DNA of 64,000 bases from Candidatus Poribacteria bacterium (GTDB lineage Bacteria; Poribacteria; WGA-4E; WGA-3G). The DNA lies in NCBI GenBank assembly GCA_963665235.2, contig CAXXLX010000001.1, positions 64,001 to 128,000 on the forward strand. Direction: 5' to 3'. The position numbers and the translations under genes are program-made. Of this stretch, positions 19,975-31,300 are shown one piece after another (within the stretch, counting starts at the first letter, position 1; the number at the start of each line of letters is the position of its first letter). The notes under the pieces are model-generated. The model worked only from the letters and a program-made list of their open reading frames with translations. It ran no database searches and was not told where the DNA came from.

Positions 19975-21135
19975 ATGCCTAAAGGCCACGCGGAACGAAA
20001 TATAGAAAGCACAGCAGCAACTTCCGGTATAGAAAATGGGTCGGAAAATCAAAATCGGGAGCTTGTGCCTACGCTTAGCCTTGAAGATGTTAAACGTGAA
20101 TTATATAATCGGCATCACCCGAGTTTAACGTTTCTTGACATAGAAGCACATGCCGAAACTATCTACAAGATACGAGACCTGAAGCAGAAACATGATGTTG
20201 TGATGTTAGGTCACAACTATATGGAGCCGTTAGTTTTCGGCTTGTCCGATAAAGAGGAGCAAGGCGATTCGCTGGGACTGAGTATGTATGCAGCGAAGAC
20301 AGAAGCCCCGTATCTCATCTTTAACGGTGTGCCGTTCATGGCAGAAACGGCGAAAATTCTAAGTCCGGACAAAACCGTGTTAGTGGCGGACAAAACAGCG
20401 GGCTGTTCACTTGCCGATAACTTTGGTGCCGAGGATGTGAAGGCGTTGAAATCCCTTTATCCGGGTGCCCCGGTCATGATTTACGTGAACAGTTATGCAG
20501 AGGCGAAAGCGGAATCCGATATCTGCTGTACGTCCGCGAACGCTGCACACATTGCGAAGTCTATGCCGGGGGATACGTTGATTTTCGTGCCAGATATCTT
20601 CTTCGCACAGAATTTGGAAGAGGAGCTGAAGGGCGAAAAGCACATCGTTTACCCGGGCAAAAACAACACAGCGCGCGGGGCAGTCTGCGAAGTTCACGAG
20701 CGGTTCACACTATCTGACCTGCTTGCCATACGTGAATCGTTTGAGATTCCGAAGGGACATCCGCAGCGCCAGCTGTATGCACATTGGGAATGCCGTCCGG
20801 ATGTTTTAAAAGAGGCCGATTTTTACGGCAGTACCAGCCAAATTATGAAGGATATTGCCAAAAAAGTAGAAACAGGACAGCTGGAACGTGCCTTTGTCGC
20901 CTCAGAGTGTGAGTTAACCTCCAATTTGGCACAAGAATTTCCGACTGTCCAATTCTGGACAGCGTGTTCGGTGCGATGCTCGCACATGGCGAAGGTGAGG
21001 TTGGATAAAATTGCCAATATCTTAGAGGCAATTGACAGCGGCGATGACCTTGACGACTATGAGGTTACGTTGAGTCCTGAAGTTATTGAAAAAGCGCGCT
21101 CGCCAATTGAGCGGATGCTTGAAATGAGCGTGTAG
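19975..21135 (+). CDS. nadA: Quinolinate synthase
   Basis: GHNYM, GDSL, FMAETAKILSP, AGCSLA, YVNS, CCTSAN, CEVH, AHWEC, CSHMAK. Confidence 0.95.
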   Translation: MPKGHAERNIESTAATSGIENGSENQNRELVPTLSLEDVKRELYNRHHPSLTFLDIEAHAETIYKIRDLKQKHDVVMLGHNYMEPLVFGLSDKEEQGDSLGLSMYAAKTEAPYLIFNGVPFMAETAKILSPDKTVLVADKTAGCSLADNFGAEDVKALKSLYPGAPVMIYVNSYAEAKAESDICCTSANAAHIAKSMPGDTLIFVPDIFFAQNLEEELKGEKHIVYPGKNNTARGAVCEVHERFTLSDLLAIRESFEIPKGHPQRQLYAHWECRPDVLKEADFYGSTSQIMKDIAKKVETGQLERAFVASECELTSNLAQEFPTVQFWTACSVRCSHMAKVRLDKIANILEAIDSGDDLDDYEVTLSPEVIEKARSPIERMLEMSV

Positions 21136-21166
21136 TGGCATCGTTCGCTTCGCTTTCACTTCCTAT

Positions 21167-21332
21167 CGGGCGGGGAAACCCCGCCCCTACGATACACACC
21201 TCAATAACGAAAGCGGACGGGGAAACCCCGCCCCTACGATACACACCTCAATAACGAAAGCGGACGGGGAGACACTGCCCCTACGATACACACCTACCGG
21301 GCGGGGAAACCCCGCCCCTACGATACACACCT
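21167..21332. repeat. Tandem REP-like array between convergent genes (4 copies)
   Basis: GGGCGGGGAAACCCCGCCCCTACGATACACACCT x4, which reads GTAG + hairpin on the minus strand. Confidence 0.8.
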
Positions 21333-21359
21333 TCAATTAGTTACGGAAGCCGCGATGAT

Positions 21360-22322
21360 TCAAAACCTTGTGATAAAGGAGATGCGGTGCCCGTTTCCGA
21401 CATTAGCATCAGGGATAAAAGCGTAATCGAATTGGAAGTCGATATTTGCTAATGCATCCTGCCCGCTTCGTCGGACTCCGATGCCTAGTGCTAAGCCGTT
21501 GCTCGGATTTTCATTTAAATCGATACGGTAACCGATACGTGCTGCGACACTCTCGTAAAACCACCGTTCTGCCCCTATATGAAAGCTAGGATGCGCATCG
21601 ATAAGCGGTAGATTCGCGTCTGCGACAAATGTGTAGAGTGGTTTTTTGACTGCCTCTACGGGCTGTTTGTAGGTTCCGTAAGCGATGCCCGCGCGGACAG
21701 CCATCGGTAGGGTATCGTCTCCGTCTAGGATACCCGCATTTTGGACAGCAACGCCTATTCCGAGGTGTTCGTCAAGCAGCCGCAAAATTAAACCGACATC
21801 TGCGGCCGCGCCGTAAACGTTCTCAATATCGAGCTGCTGTGAGATAAGTTTAGCAGTACCGCCGATAGACACGTTTGTTCCTATAGGATAGGCGATAGAT
21901 AGACCGGTAGCAAAGCCGCCGACGGTAACGGTGCTGTCAGGCGTTTCAGTCGGTCCCTGCCGACGTTCGATTTCTGTAAAACTTCCTATAAAACTTGCCC
22001 CCCACACGAACCGATTGGCACGTTGCGCGTACCCAATGGATTGATTGTTAATGTCCGCATAAGAGAAGTGTTGCATTGCGGTTAGCTCGCGGGTATGAAC
22101 AGCCGTTAATCCTGCGGGGTTCCAAAAGATAGTGTTAATATCGTTAGCAAGTCCCGCGAAGGCTCCGCCCATTCCGACCGGTCGGCTGCCACCGTCAATT
22201 TTGAGAAAAGCTGCGCCAGCGGTTCCGGCACCTTCATGGATATCAACTGCCCAACTCGGGGTTACAATAAGAAGAGCTATTACAATCATCACGGTCATGA
22301 GACCGTGCCTACTTTTGTGCAT
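21360..22322 (-). CDS. PorV/PorQ-family outer-membrane beta-barrel
   Basis: AFLKIDGGSRPVGMGGAF, IFWNPAGL, FQFDYAF...GNGHRISFITRF with terminal Phe. Confidence 0.85.
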   Translation of the reverse strand: MHKSRHGLMTVMIVIALLIVTPSWAVDIHEGAGTAGAAFLKIDGGSRPVGMGGAFAGLANDINTIFWNPAGLTAVHTRELTAMQHFSYADINNQSIGYAQRANRFVWGASFIGSFTEIERRQGPTETPDSTVTVGGFATGLSIAYPIGTNVSIGGTAKLISQQLDIENVYGAAADVGLILRLLDEHLGIGVAVQNAGILDGDDTLPMAVRAGIAYGTYKQPVEAVKKPLYTFVADANLPLIDAHPSFHIGAERWFYESVAARIGYRIDLNENPSNGLALGIGVRRSGQDALANIDFQFDYAFIPDANVGNGHRISFITRF

Positions 22323-22363
22323 TATTTTTTCTCCTTTTGTCTATTTTTATGCACTCGCGTTTA

Positions 22364-25300
22364 CTAGTCGACGACAAGTATTTTGCCGACAGCATTTGCC
22401 CGATTTCCTGCTGCATTAACTGCCTCTAATCGGAAGATGTAGAGTCCTCGTGCCACAGTGGTACCTGCCTGATTTTCCAAGTTCCATTTAATCAATTGGT
22501 CGTTCCGTTTACCTGATGCAACGTTCGGATATGTCTGTGAGCGGACGATGTCTCCGCTCCAGTCGTAGATGTGCAAAGTCAGGTCTACCGTTTCCTCCGC
22601 GTTTAGGTCAAAGGAGAAGAAGGCAACACCGCCTTTTGTACGCCGCAGCGGGTTTGGCCATCCAAACGTTGCCCCTCGGAAGCTGAAAGAGACCGACATT
22701 GTATATTCACCGCCATCGTAAACAGAAAAGTTTCCTGCTTTGTCAGTGACCCGGATGTCTAAATCGTATTCGCCTGAGCGTGAGGGGAAGAAATCTATGG
22801 ACCATCGGCTCCACGGTTCCTCTTGTGCGTCGCTCTCATCCTCGGCGGGTACCGGTTCAATCGGTTGGCCATCAGGGCCGGTGCCGATGATTTCCACGAG
22901 CCATACGCCGGATGCTGGGACAGGGACTTCTCCGCCATCGCCGCCACCTTGGCCCCGCGGGCGTGTTCCCGCTGGGTCGGTCGCTGTGCCCTGTAAGGGG
23001 AGTGCTTCATCTGTGAGTTCCGTTTTACCGCCATCACTCGTTAGGGTAGCAGTTGGTTCTGTCGTCTCATAAAGGAATTGGGTTGTGATTGTTCCCCTCG
23101 GTGCGAATCCGAGCCGTTCGGAGTCGTTTCCGATACCGGTCACTGTAACCTGGTAGGGCCCTTGGAAATTCAGACCATCCGATTTGAAAATGAGCGTATC
23201 CACGCCGTTCTGCTGCGTGTTGCCCGAAATTTCTGCGCCCGTGGGGTCTCTCACAACGATGTTGGATTGTGAAAGGTCAACCCCAAGTCCCGTATCCGTG
23301 ACACTTGCTTGGATGACGACTCCGGTAGTAGTGGAGATGGCAGTCGGGTAATCGACAGCATTGGTGTCAACGAGAAGTGGGATATCATTGATAAGCAGCG
23401 TGCTGACATCAATGAACGGAGGCGTTGTATCGTAGGTAAAGACCTTTTCGTAAGACGTATCGCCATTACCTGCAAGGTCGATAGGCGTAATAGTAATACG
23501 ATACTCCCCATCAGCGGACCCGTTATCAGCTAGTGGGACCGTGAGTCGGAAGATGAGTGTGGCCTCACCGTTATGGGAGACGCGGCCCGATATTTGCGTT
23601 GCGTTCGGTGAGAGTTGTTCAAAGGTTATCCACTCTTCATCTAGATTTTTCCAATCAATTCCGGCACTGTTATCGGTGAGGTCGGCATGAATTTCCATCA
23701 ATGCGTTATTCGCTGCCGGTTCAGCAACGATGAGCCGAATGGCTTCCGGTTCAATTTCGGGGCTCTGCGTGTCGTACATAAAAACCAATTTTTGCATGTC
23801 GCCGCTGCGTCCGGAGCCGCTAATTGGTGTGAATTCGATGGTATAGCGTCCATCTTCGGAGCCGTCTGTTGCAAGGGGCCGGACGAGGTTATAGATTAAG
23901 CGGTTAGGTTCGCGTTGCTGTTGGCCTGCGATGACCTGTCCCGCAGGGTTCAATAACTGAAGTGTTGACAAATGGTGTTCATCATCAGTTTGCAGCGCGA
24001 CCTCAATTCGCTCAACCTTTTCGCTGGTAAAGGCTTCATCTATTGGAGCAGTGGCAGGGACCGTCGAAACAATTGCGGGCAAGTGTCTACTCAGCAGGAA
24101 ACTGTGTTCAAAGATAGATGCGTTCCCGTTGCCTGCCCTGTCAACAGCATTGACGCGGATGATGTAGCGTCCATCCTCCACAAGTTGATTTGTATTCAGG
24201 GTTAGCTGTGTTTTACCGTCACTGGCGAGTTCGCCTGATATAGCTGTGCCGTTTGGGTCCACTAGTGTTACGGTGGTGTTTTTCCAATCGATTCCGCTTT
24301 CCCCTTTATCGTCAAGCGTTACCTGTATTTGTGTGATGTCCTCGGTGATAAGTGCTTTATCAGCGGGGTTGGTGCTGATAAGAGTGGGCACTTGGGTATC
24401 ATAGACGATTGTATGCTCAACATCGAGGACATTCCCGGCTTTGTCCGATAACGCAATAACGACGGTGTATTGTCCATCCCTACTACCGTCGAGCGGTAAC
24501 GGTTCGGTTAGTGTAAGAAACACTCTATATAACTCATTGTTATATGTCAATTGCGTAGGGAGTAGTCTTCCACTTGCGTCACGGAGGCTAATAGCCTGGT
24601 CAGCAAGTTCGAGGTCTGCGGGCCCAACATCCTGAATTGTGAGATTGAGTTGTGTTAAACTCTCGCTGATGTAAGAGACAGGTTGACTGAGGTCAACCGG
24701 TTCAGCAGCTGTTATCTTCGGTGCTTGGGTATCATAGATAAACTCACGATAGACAGTGCTTCCTTGACGACCTGCTTTATCAATAGGTGTAATATAGACA
24801 GCATATTTACCATCAGAGCTGCCATCTGTTGATAACGTTATCGGCTCCCATCGAATCAGGTCCGTACCATTTGTGGTAAGTGTGCCAGGGACAACTGTTG
24901 CATCAGGGGTTGTGACGGTTATGTTTGACCCGGTTTCATCAAGTGCTAACCCTACTCCGGCGGGGTCAAGGAGGGTGGCATCTATCCGCATATTGCGTGC
25001 GTTGGCGTAAGCAACATCACCACTTCCGGATGTGATGGATTCACCGATAACGACAGAGCCGACAGTCGGTAAAATGAATTGTAGCCGGAACGGGTATTGC
25101 ACTGCACTTTGGGAGATATTACCGGCTATATCCTGCGCGGTGACGCCGAAGGTATACAAACCGCTTTGCGTTAATCCGACCAAATGCGCTGTCAATTGAG
25201 AAATACCGTTGTGCTCTAGCGTAAGCGGAATTACCTCGTCAGATTCATTTGTTAATGTCACAGTCGTCATTTCGAAATCAACACGTGTTGTTTCTTCAAA

Positions 25301-28300
25301 CTGAACAGTTATGCTACTGATAGACTTCGCTAGCTCAGTGACCTGATGCGGAACGAGCGATAGGGGGTCCGGTGTCGTATTTACAAGCACGTCGCTTATC
25401 TTCGGCACTACCGAGTCGTAGACGAATATGTGTTGGGAATCGATACGATTTCCCGCCTTGTCAATCAGGGATACGTTTAAACTATACCTACCATCAGCAC
25501 TCCCATCTCCAGGAAACGGGGCTGGCAATGTCAGATAGAGCTGCTGCGTTAGCTCGTTACGCGTGAGAGCCGATAAAATAGGACGGTCAGCAACGTCGAC
25601 CAATGCGATTTTTTGCGCCTCCCAATCAAAACCAGCAGGTCCAACATCTTCAATGGTAAAGGTGAATTGGTGCAAACTGCCGCTGAGATAAGAGACAGGT
25701 TCGCTGAGAGTGATGGGCGATGCAGCGGTGATGCGCGGGGTTTGTGTATCATAAATGAACTGCCGTTGCACAGCAATACCTGTACGCCCCGCGTTATCCA
25801 TAGGTGTGATGGTCACTGTATAACGTCCATCCGCACTCCCATCCGTTGGCAATGACAGCGGGTGCCATATCAGTTGAGTGTCACCGTTCGCACGGGTTTC
25901 CCCCGGCACTGTGTTACCACTCGGACCTGTGACAATGATACTCGATTCACCCTCCGATAAGGCTAAACCCGCACCACTCCCATCGGTAAACGTGGCGATG
26001 ATTTCCGTATCAGGGCCATTTAGAAAAACAGCATCGCCTGATACACCGCCTAAGGACACAGTGCTGACGCGCGGTAAATCAAACATTAAGCGGAACGGGT
26101 ATTGCAACGCACCTTGAACAGCATTACCCGCTATATCCACCGGAGACACTGAGAGTGTATATCTACCGCCTTGGGTTAGCGCAACAAAACTGATTGTGAG
26201 TTGGTCAATGTTGTTGCTCTCTAAGGTAAATGGGATGGGGGTTCCGCTCTGTTCTACTAAGGTGACACTGGTATTGTCGAAGTCAACCCGCGTTCTCTCT
26301 TCAAAACGGACAGTTATGCTACTGATAGGAACATCCAGCTCGGTGACTTGATGGGCTACAAGTGTTATTGGGGTCTCTGCGGTATTTACAAGCACATCGC
26401 TTAGCTTCGGCACTACCGAATCGTAGACGAACGCGTGCTGCGAATCGACACGGTTGCCCGCCTTGTCAATCAGGGATACGTTTAAACTATACCTACCATC
26501 AGCACTCCCATCTCCAGGAAACGGGGCTGGTAATGTCAGATGGAGCTGCTGCGTCAGCTCATTATGTGTCATAGTGGCAGATACAGGTTCTTCGCTAGCA
26601 TCAACCAATGTGATTTTTTGCGCAGACCAATCAAAACCAGCAGGTCCAACATCTTCAATCGTAAAGGCGAATTGGTGCAAACTACCGCCGACATAAGAGA
26701 CCGGTGCGCTGAGAGTGATGGGCAATGCAGCGGTGATGCGCGGGGTTTGTGTATCGTAAATGAACTGCCGTTGCACAGCAATACCTGTACGCCCCGCGTT
26801 ATCCATAGGCGTGATGGTCACTGTATAACGTCCATCCGCACTCCCATCCGTTGGCAATGACAGCGGGTGCCATATCAGTTGAGTGTCACCGTTCGCACGG
26901 GTTTCCCCCGGCACTGTGTTACCACTCGGACCTGTGACAATGATACTCGATTCACCCTCCGATAAGGCTAAACCCGCACCACTCCCATCGGTAAACGTGG
27001 CGATGATTTCCGTATCAGGGCCATTTAGAAAAACAGCATCGCCTGATACACCGCCTAAGGACACAGTGCTGACGCGCGGTAAATCAAACATTAAGCGGAA
27101 CGGGTATTGCAACGCACCTTGAACAGCATTACCCGCTATATCCACCGGAGACACTGAGAGTGTATATCTACCGCCTTGGGTTAGCGCAACAAAACTGATT
27201 GTGAGTTGGTCAATGTTGTTGCTCTCTAAGGTAAATGGGATGGGGGTTCCGCTCTGTTCTACTAAGGTGACACTGGTATTGTCGAAGTCAACCCGCGTTC
27301 TCTCTTCAAAACGGACAGTTATGCTACTGATAGGAACATCCAGCTCGGTGACCTGATGGGCTACAAGTGTTATTGGGGTCTCTGCGGTATTTACAAGCAC
27401 ATCGCTTAGCTTCGGCACTACCGAGTCGTAGACGAACGCGTGCTGCGAATCGACACGGTTGCCCGCCTTGTCAATCAGGGATACGTTTAAACTATACCTA
27501 CCATCAGCACTCCCATCTCCAGGAAACGGGGCTGGTAATGTCAGATGGAGCTGCTGCGTCAGCTCATTATGTGTCATAGTGGCAGATACAGGTTCTTCGC
27601 TAGCATCAACCAATGTGATTTTTTGCGCAGACCAATCAAAACCAGCAGGTCCAACATCTTCAATCGTAAAGGCGAATTGGTGCAAACTACCGCCGACATA
27701 AGAGACCGGTGCGCTGAGAGTGATGGGCAATGCAGCGGTGATGCGCGGGGTTTGTGTATCGTAAATGAACTGCCGTTGCACAGCAATACCTGTACGCCCC
27801 GCGTTATCCATAGGCGTGATGGTCACTGTATAACGTCCATCCGCACTCCCATCCGTTGGCAATGACAGCGGGTGCCATATCAGTTGAGTGTCACCGTTCA
27901 CACGGGTTTCTCCCGGCACTGTGTTACCACTCGGACCTGTGACAATGATACTCGATTCACCCTCCGATAAGGCTAAACCCGCACCACTCCCATCGGTAAA
28001 CGTCGCTATGATTTCCGTATCAGGGCCATTTAGAAAAACAGCATCGCCTGATACACCGCCTAAGGACACAGTGCTGACGCGCGGTAAATCAAACATTAAG
28101 CGGAACGGGTATTGCAACGCACCTTGAACAGCATTACCCGCTATATCCACCGGAGACACTGAGAGTGTATATCTACCGCCTTGGGTTAGCGCAACAAAAC
28201 TGATTGTGAGTTGGTCAATGTTGTTGCTCTCTAAGGTAAATGGGATGGGGGTTCCGCTCTGTTCTACTAAGGTGACACTTGTATTGTCGAAGTCAACCCG

Positions 28301-31300
28301 TGTTCTCTCTTCAAAACGGACAGTTATACTACTGATAGGAACATCCAGCTCGGTGATTTGATGGGCTAAAAGTGCTGTCGGGGTCTCTCCGGTATTTACA
28401 AGCACTGCGCTTAGCTTCGGCACTACCGAATCGTAGACGAACGCGTGCTGCGAATCGACACGGTTGCCCGCCTTATCAATCAGGGATACGTTTAAACTAT
28501 ACCTACCATCAGCACTCCCATCTCCAGGAAACGGGGTAGGCAAGGTCAGATAGAGCTGCCGCGTCAGCGTATTATGTGTGATAGCGGCAGATACAGGTTC
28601 TTCGCTAGCATCAACCAATGTGATTTTTTGCGCAGACCAATCAAAACCAGCAGGTCCAACATCTTCAATCGTAAAGGCGAATTGGTGCAAACTACCGCCG
28701 ACATAAGAGACCGGTGCGCTGAGAGTGATGGGCGATGCAGCGGTGATGCGCGGGGTTTGTGTATCATAAATGAACTGCCGTTGCACAGCAATACCTGTAC
28801 GCCCCGCGTTATCCATAGGCGTGATGGTCACTGTATAACGTCCATCCGCACTCCCATCCGTTGGCAATGAAAGCGGGTGCCATATCAGTTGAGTGTCACC
28901 ATTCGCACGGGTTTCGCCCGGCACTGTGTTACCGGTCGGACCTGTGACAATGATACTCGATTCACCCTCCGATAAGGCTAAACCCGCACCACTCCCATCG
29001 GTAAACGTCGCTATGATTTCCGTATCAGGGCCATTTAGAAAAACAGCATCGCCTGATACACCGCCTAAGGACACAGTGCTGACGCGCGGTAAATCAAACA
29101 TTAAGCGGAACGGGTATTGCAACGCACCTTGAACAGCATTACCCGCTATATCCACCGGAGACACTGAAAACGTATATCTACCACCTTGGGTGAGGGACAC
29201 AAAACTGACCGTAAGTTGGTCAATGTTGTTGCTCTCTAACGTAAATGGGATGGGGGTGCCGCTCTGTTCTGATAAGGTGACACTGGTATTGTCGAAGTCA
29301 ACCCGCGTTCTCTCTTCAAAACGGACGGTTATACTACTGACAGGCACATCCAGCTCGGTGATTTGATGGGCTAAAAGTGCTGTCGGGGTCTCTCCGGTAT
29401 TTACAAGCACTGCGCTTAGCTTCGGCACTACCGAGTCGTAGATGAACGCGTGTTGCGAATCAACACGGTTCCCTGCCTTGTCAATCAGGGATACGTCTAA
29501 AGTATACTCCCCATCAGCACTTCCATCTCTAGGAAACGGGGCAGGCAATGTCAGATAGAGCTGCTGTGTTAGCGCATTATGTGTCATAGTAGCAGATACA
29601 GGTGCTTCGCCAGCGTCGACCAATGCGATTTCTTGCGCCTCCCAATCAAAACCGGCAGGACCAACATCTTCAATCGTAAAACTGAATTGGTGCAAACTCC
29701 CACCGACATAAGAGACCGGTTCGCTGAGAATGATGGGCGATGCAGCGGTGATACGTGGGGTTTGTGTATCGTAAATGAACTGCCGTTGTGCGGTGATGCC
29801 CGTTCTCCCTGCGTTATCCATAGGTGTGACGGTCACCGTATACCGACCATCCGCACTCCCATCCGTTGGGAGTGAAATCGGTTTCCACATTAGTTGAGTG
29901 CGTCCGTTTGTTTGTATCTGTCCTGGCACCGTATTTCCCGTGGGTCCTGTGACGATGATAGTTGATTCACCCTCTTTTAGTGCTAAGCCTGGGCCACTAC
30001 CATCGGCGAGTGTTGCGATGATTTCGGTATCATGAGCATTAATGTACCACAAACCGTCAATTTGCAAGCCGCCTAATGTCACGCTGCTGACGCTGGGTAA
30101 GGTGAACGTTAGATGGAACGGGTATTGCACTGCGCCTTGGACAGTATTACCGGCTATATCTTGCGGTGTCACTGAGAGTGTATATCTACCACCCACGGCT
30201 AAGGCAACAAAATTAACTGTGAGTTGGTCAATGCCATTGTTCGCTAAGGTGAGCGGGACCGATTGTGCATCCGGTCCTGTCAAGGTGATTAGCGTATTAG
30301 CAAAGTCAACGCGTGTTGCCTCCGCAAACGAAACGTTTATACTGCTGATTGCCAATCCCTCATTACTAATTGTTATATCAGTCAGTTGTTGTGATGTAAG
30401 GGGCACCGTAAGCCCCGCCGGGATTTCAGTCATGTTTACCAACACAGATTCGACTGCCGGTGCTTGGGAATCGTAAATGAATGTGTGTTCTGCCTCATAT
30501 TCATTTCCCGCTTTATCCAAGAGGTAAACGATTAGGGTGTATGGACCATCTGCGCTGCCATCTGTGGCTAACGTCTCAGTGAGCGTGAAAAAGAGTTCAA
30601 CAGGCTGCTCGCGGGGGATTTGGGGTGTGTGTGTCACCTTTCCATCAACGAGGTCGCCATTAGGTTTGACAAGTCTGACCCATGGTGCATCTAACACGAG
30701 GGATGCAGGGCCAACATCTTCCGCCGTGACGCTCAGGTATGTCAAACCGCCGCGGACATAACGGACCGGCTGACTCAAGTCAATTGGGTCGGCACCTATT
30801 ATCCGGGGGGCTTGTGTATCATAGACAAATTGCCGGGATGCAGCATCGCCGGTTCTACCCGCTTTATCTTTAGGGGTGACGGTCACCGTGTAGCGTCCAT
30901 CCGCGCTGCCATCTGTTGGGAGCGATAGGGGTCGCCATATAAGTTGCCAGACATTCTCCGAACGTTTTTCACTCCTACTGCTTCCGGGGATGGAAAGTCC
31001 AGCCGCATTTGTGACCACGATGCTAGATTCTCCTTCGTCTAACGCTAGGCCAGTGCCGGTTGTATCTGCCAACGTCGCGACGATTTCTACGCTCCCGCCG
31101 TTCACAAACGGAACAGCATCACTCTTACCCCCTATCAACATCCACCTCACAACAGGCACATCTATGTCTAGACGGAATCGATAGACAAACGGATATTGAG
31201 AGACATTGCCGATTTTATCCATTGGCGTAATAGCGAGCGTATAAATACCAGGTTGATATAAGCTTAGAAAATCAAGCGTCAAAACTGCATCGCTGTTATA

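Noticed and set aside
25372-29875. Recurrent small opposite-strand ORFs
   Set aside because: Shadows of the 1005-bp repeat inside the giant gene.
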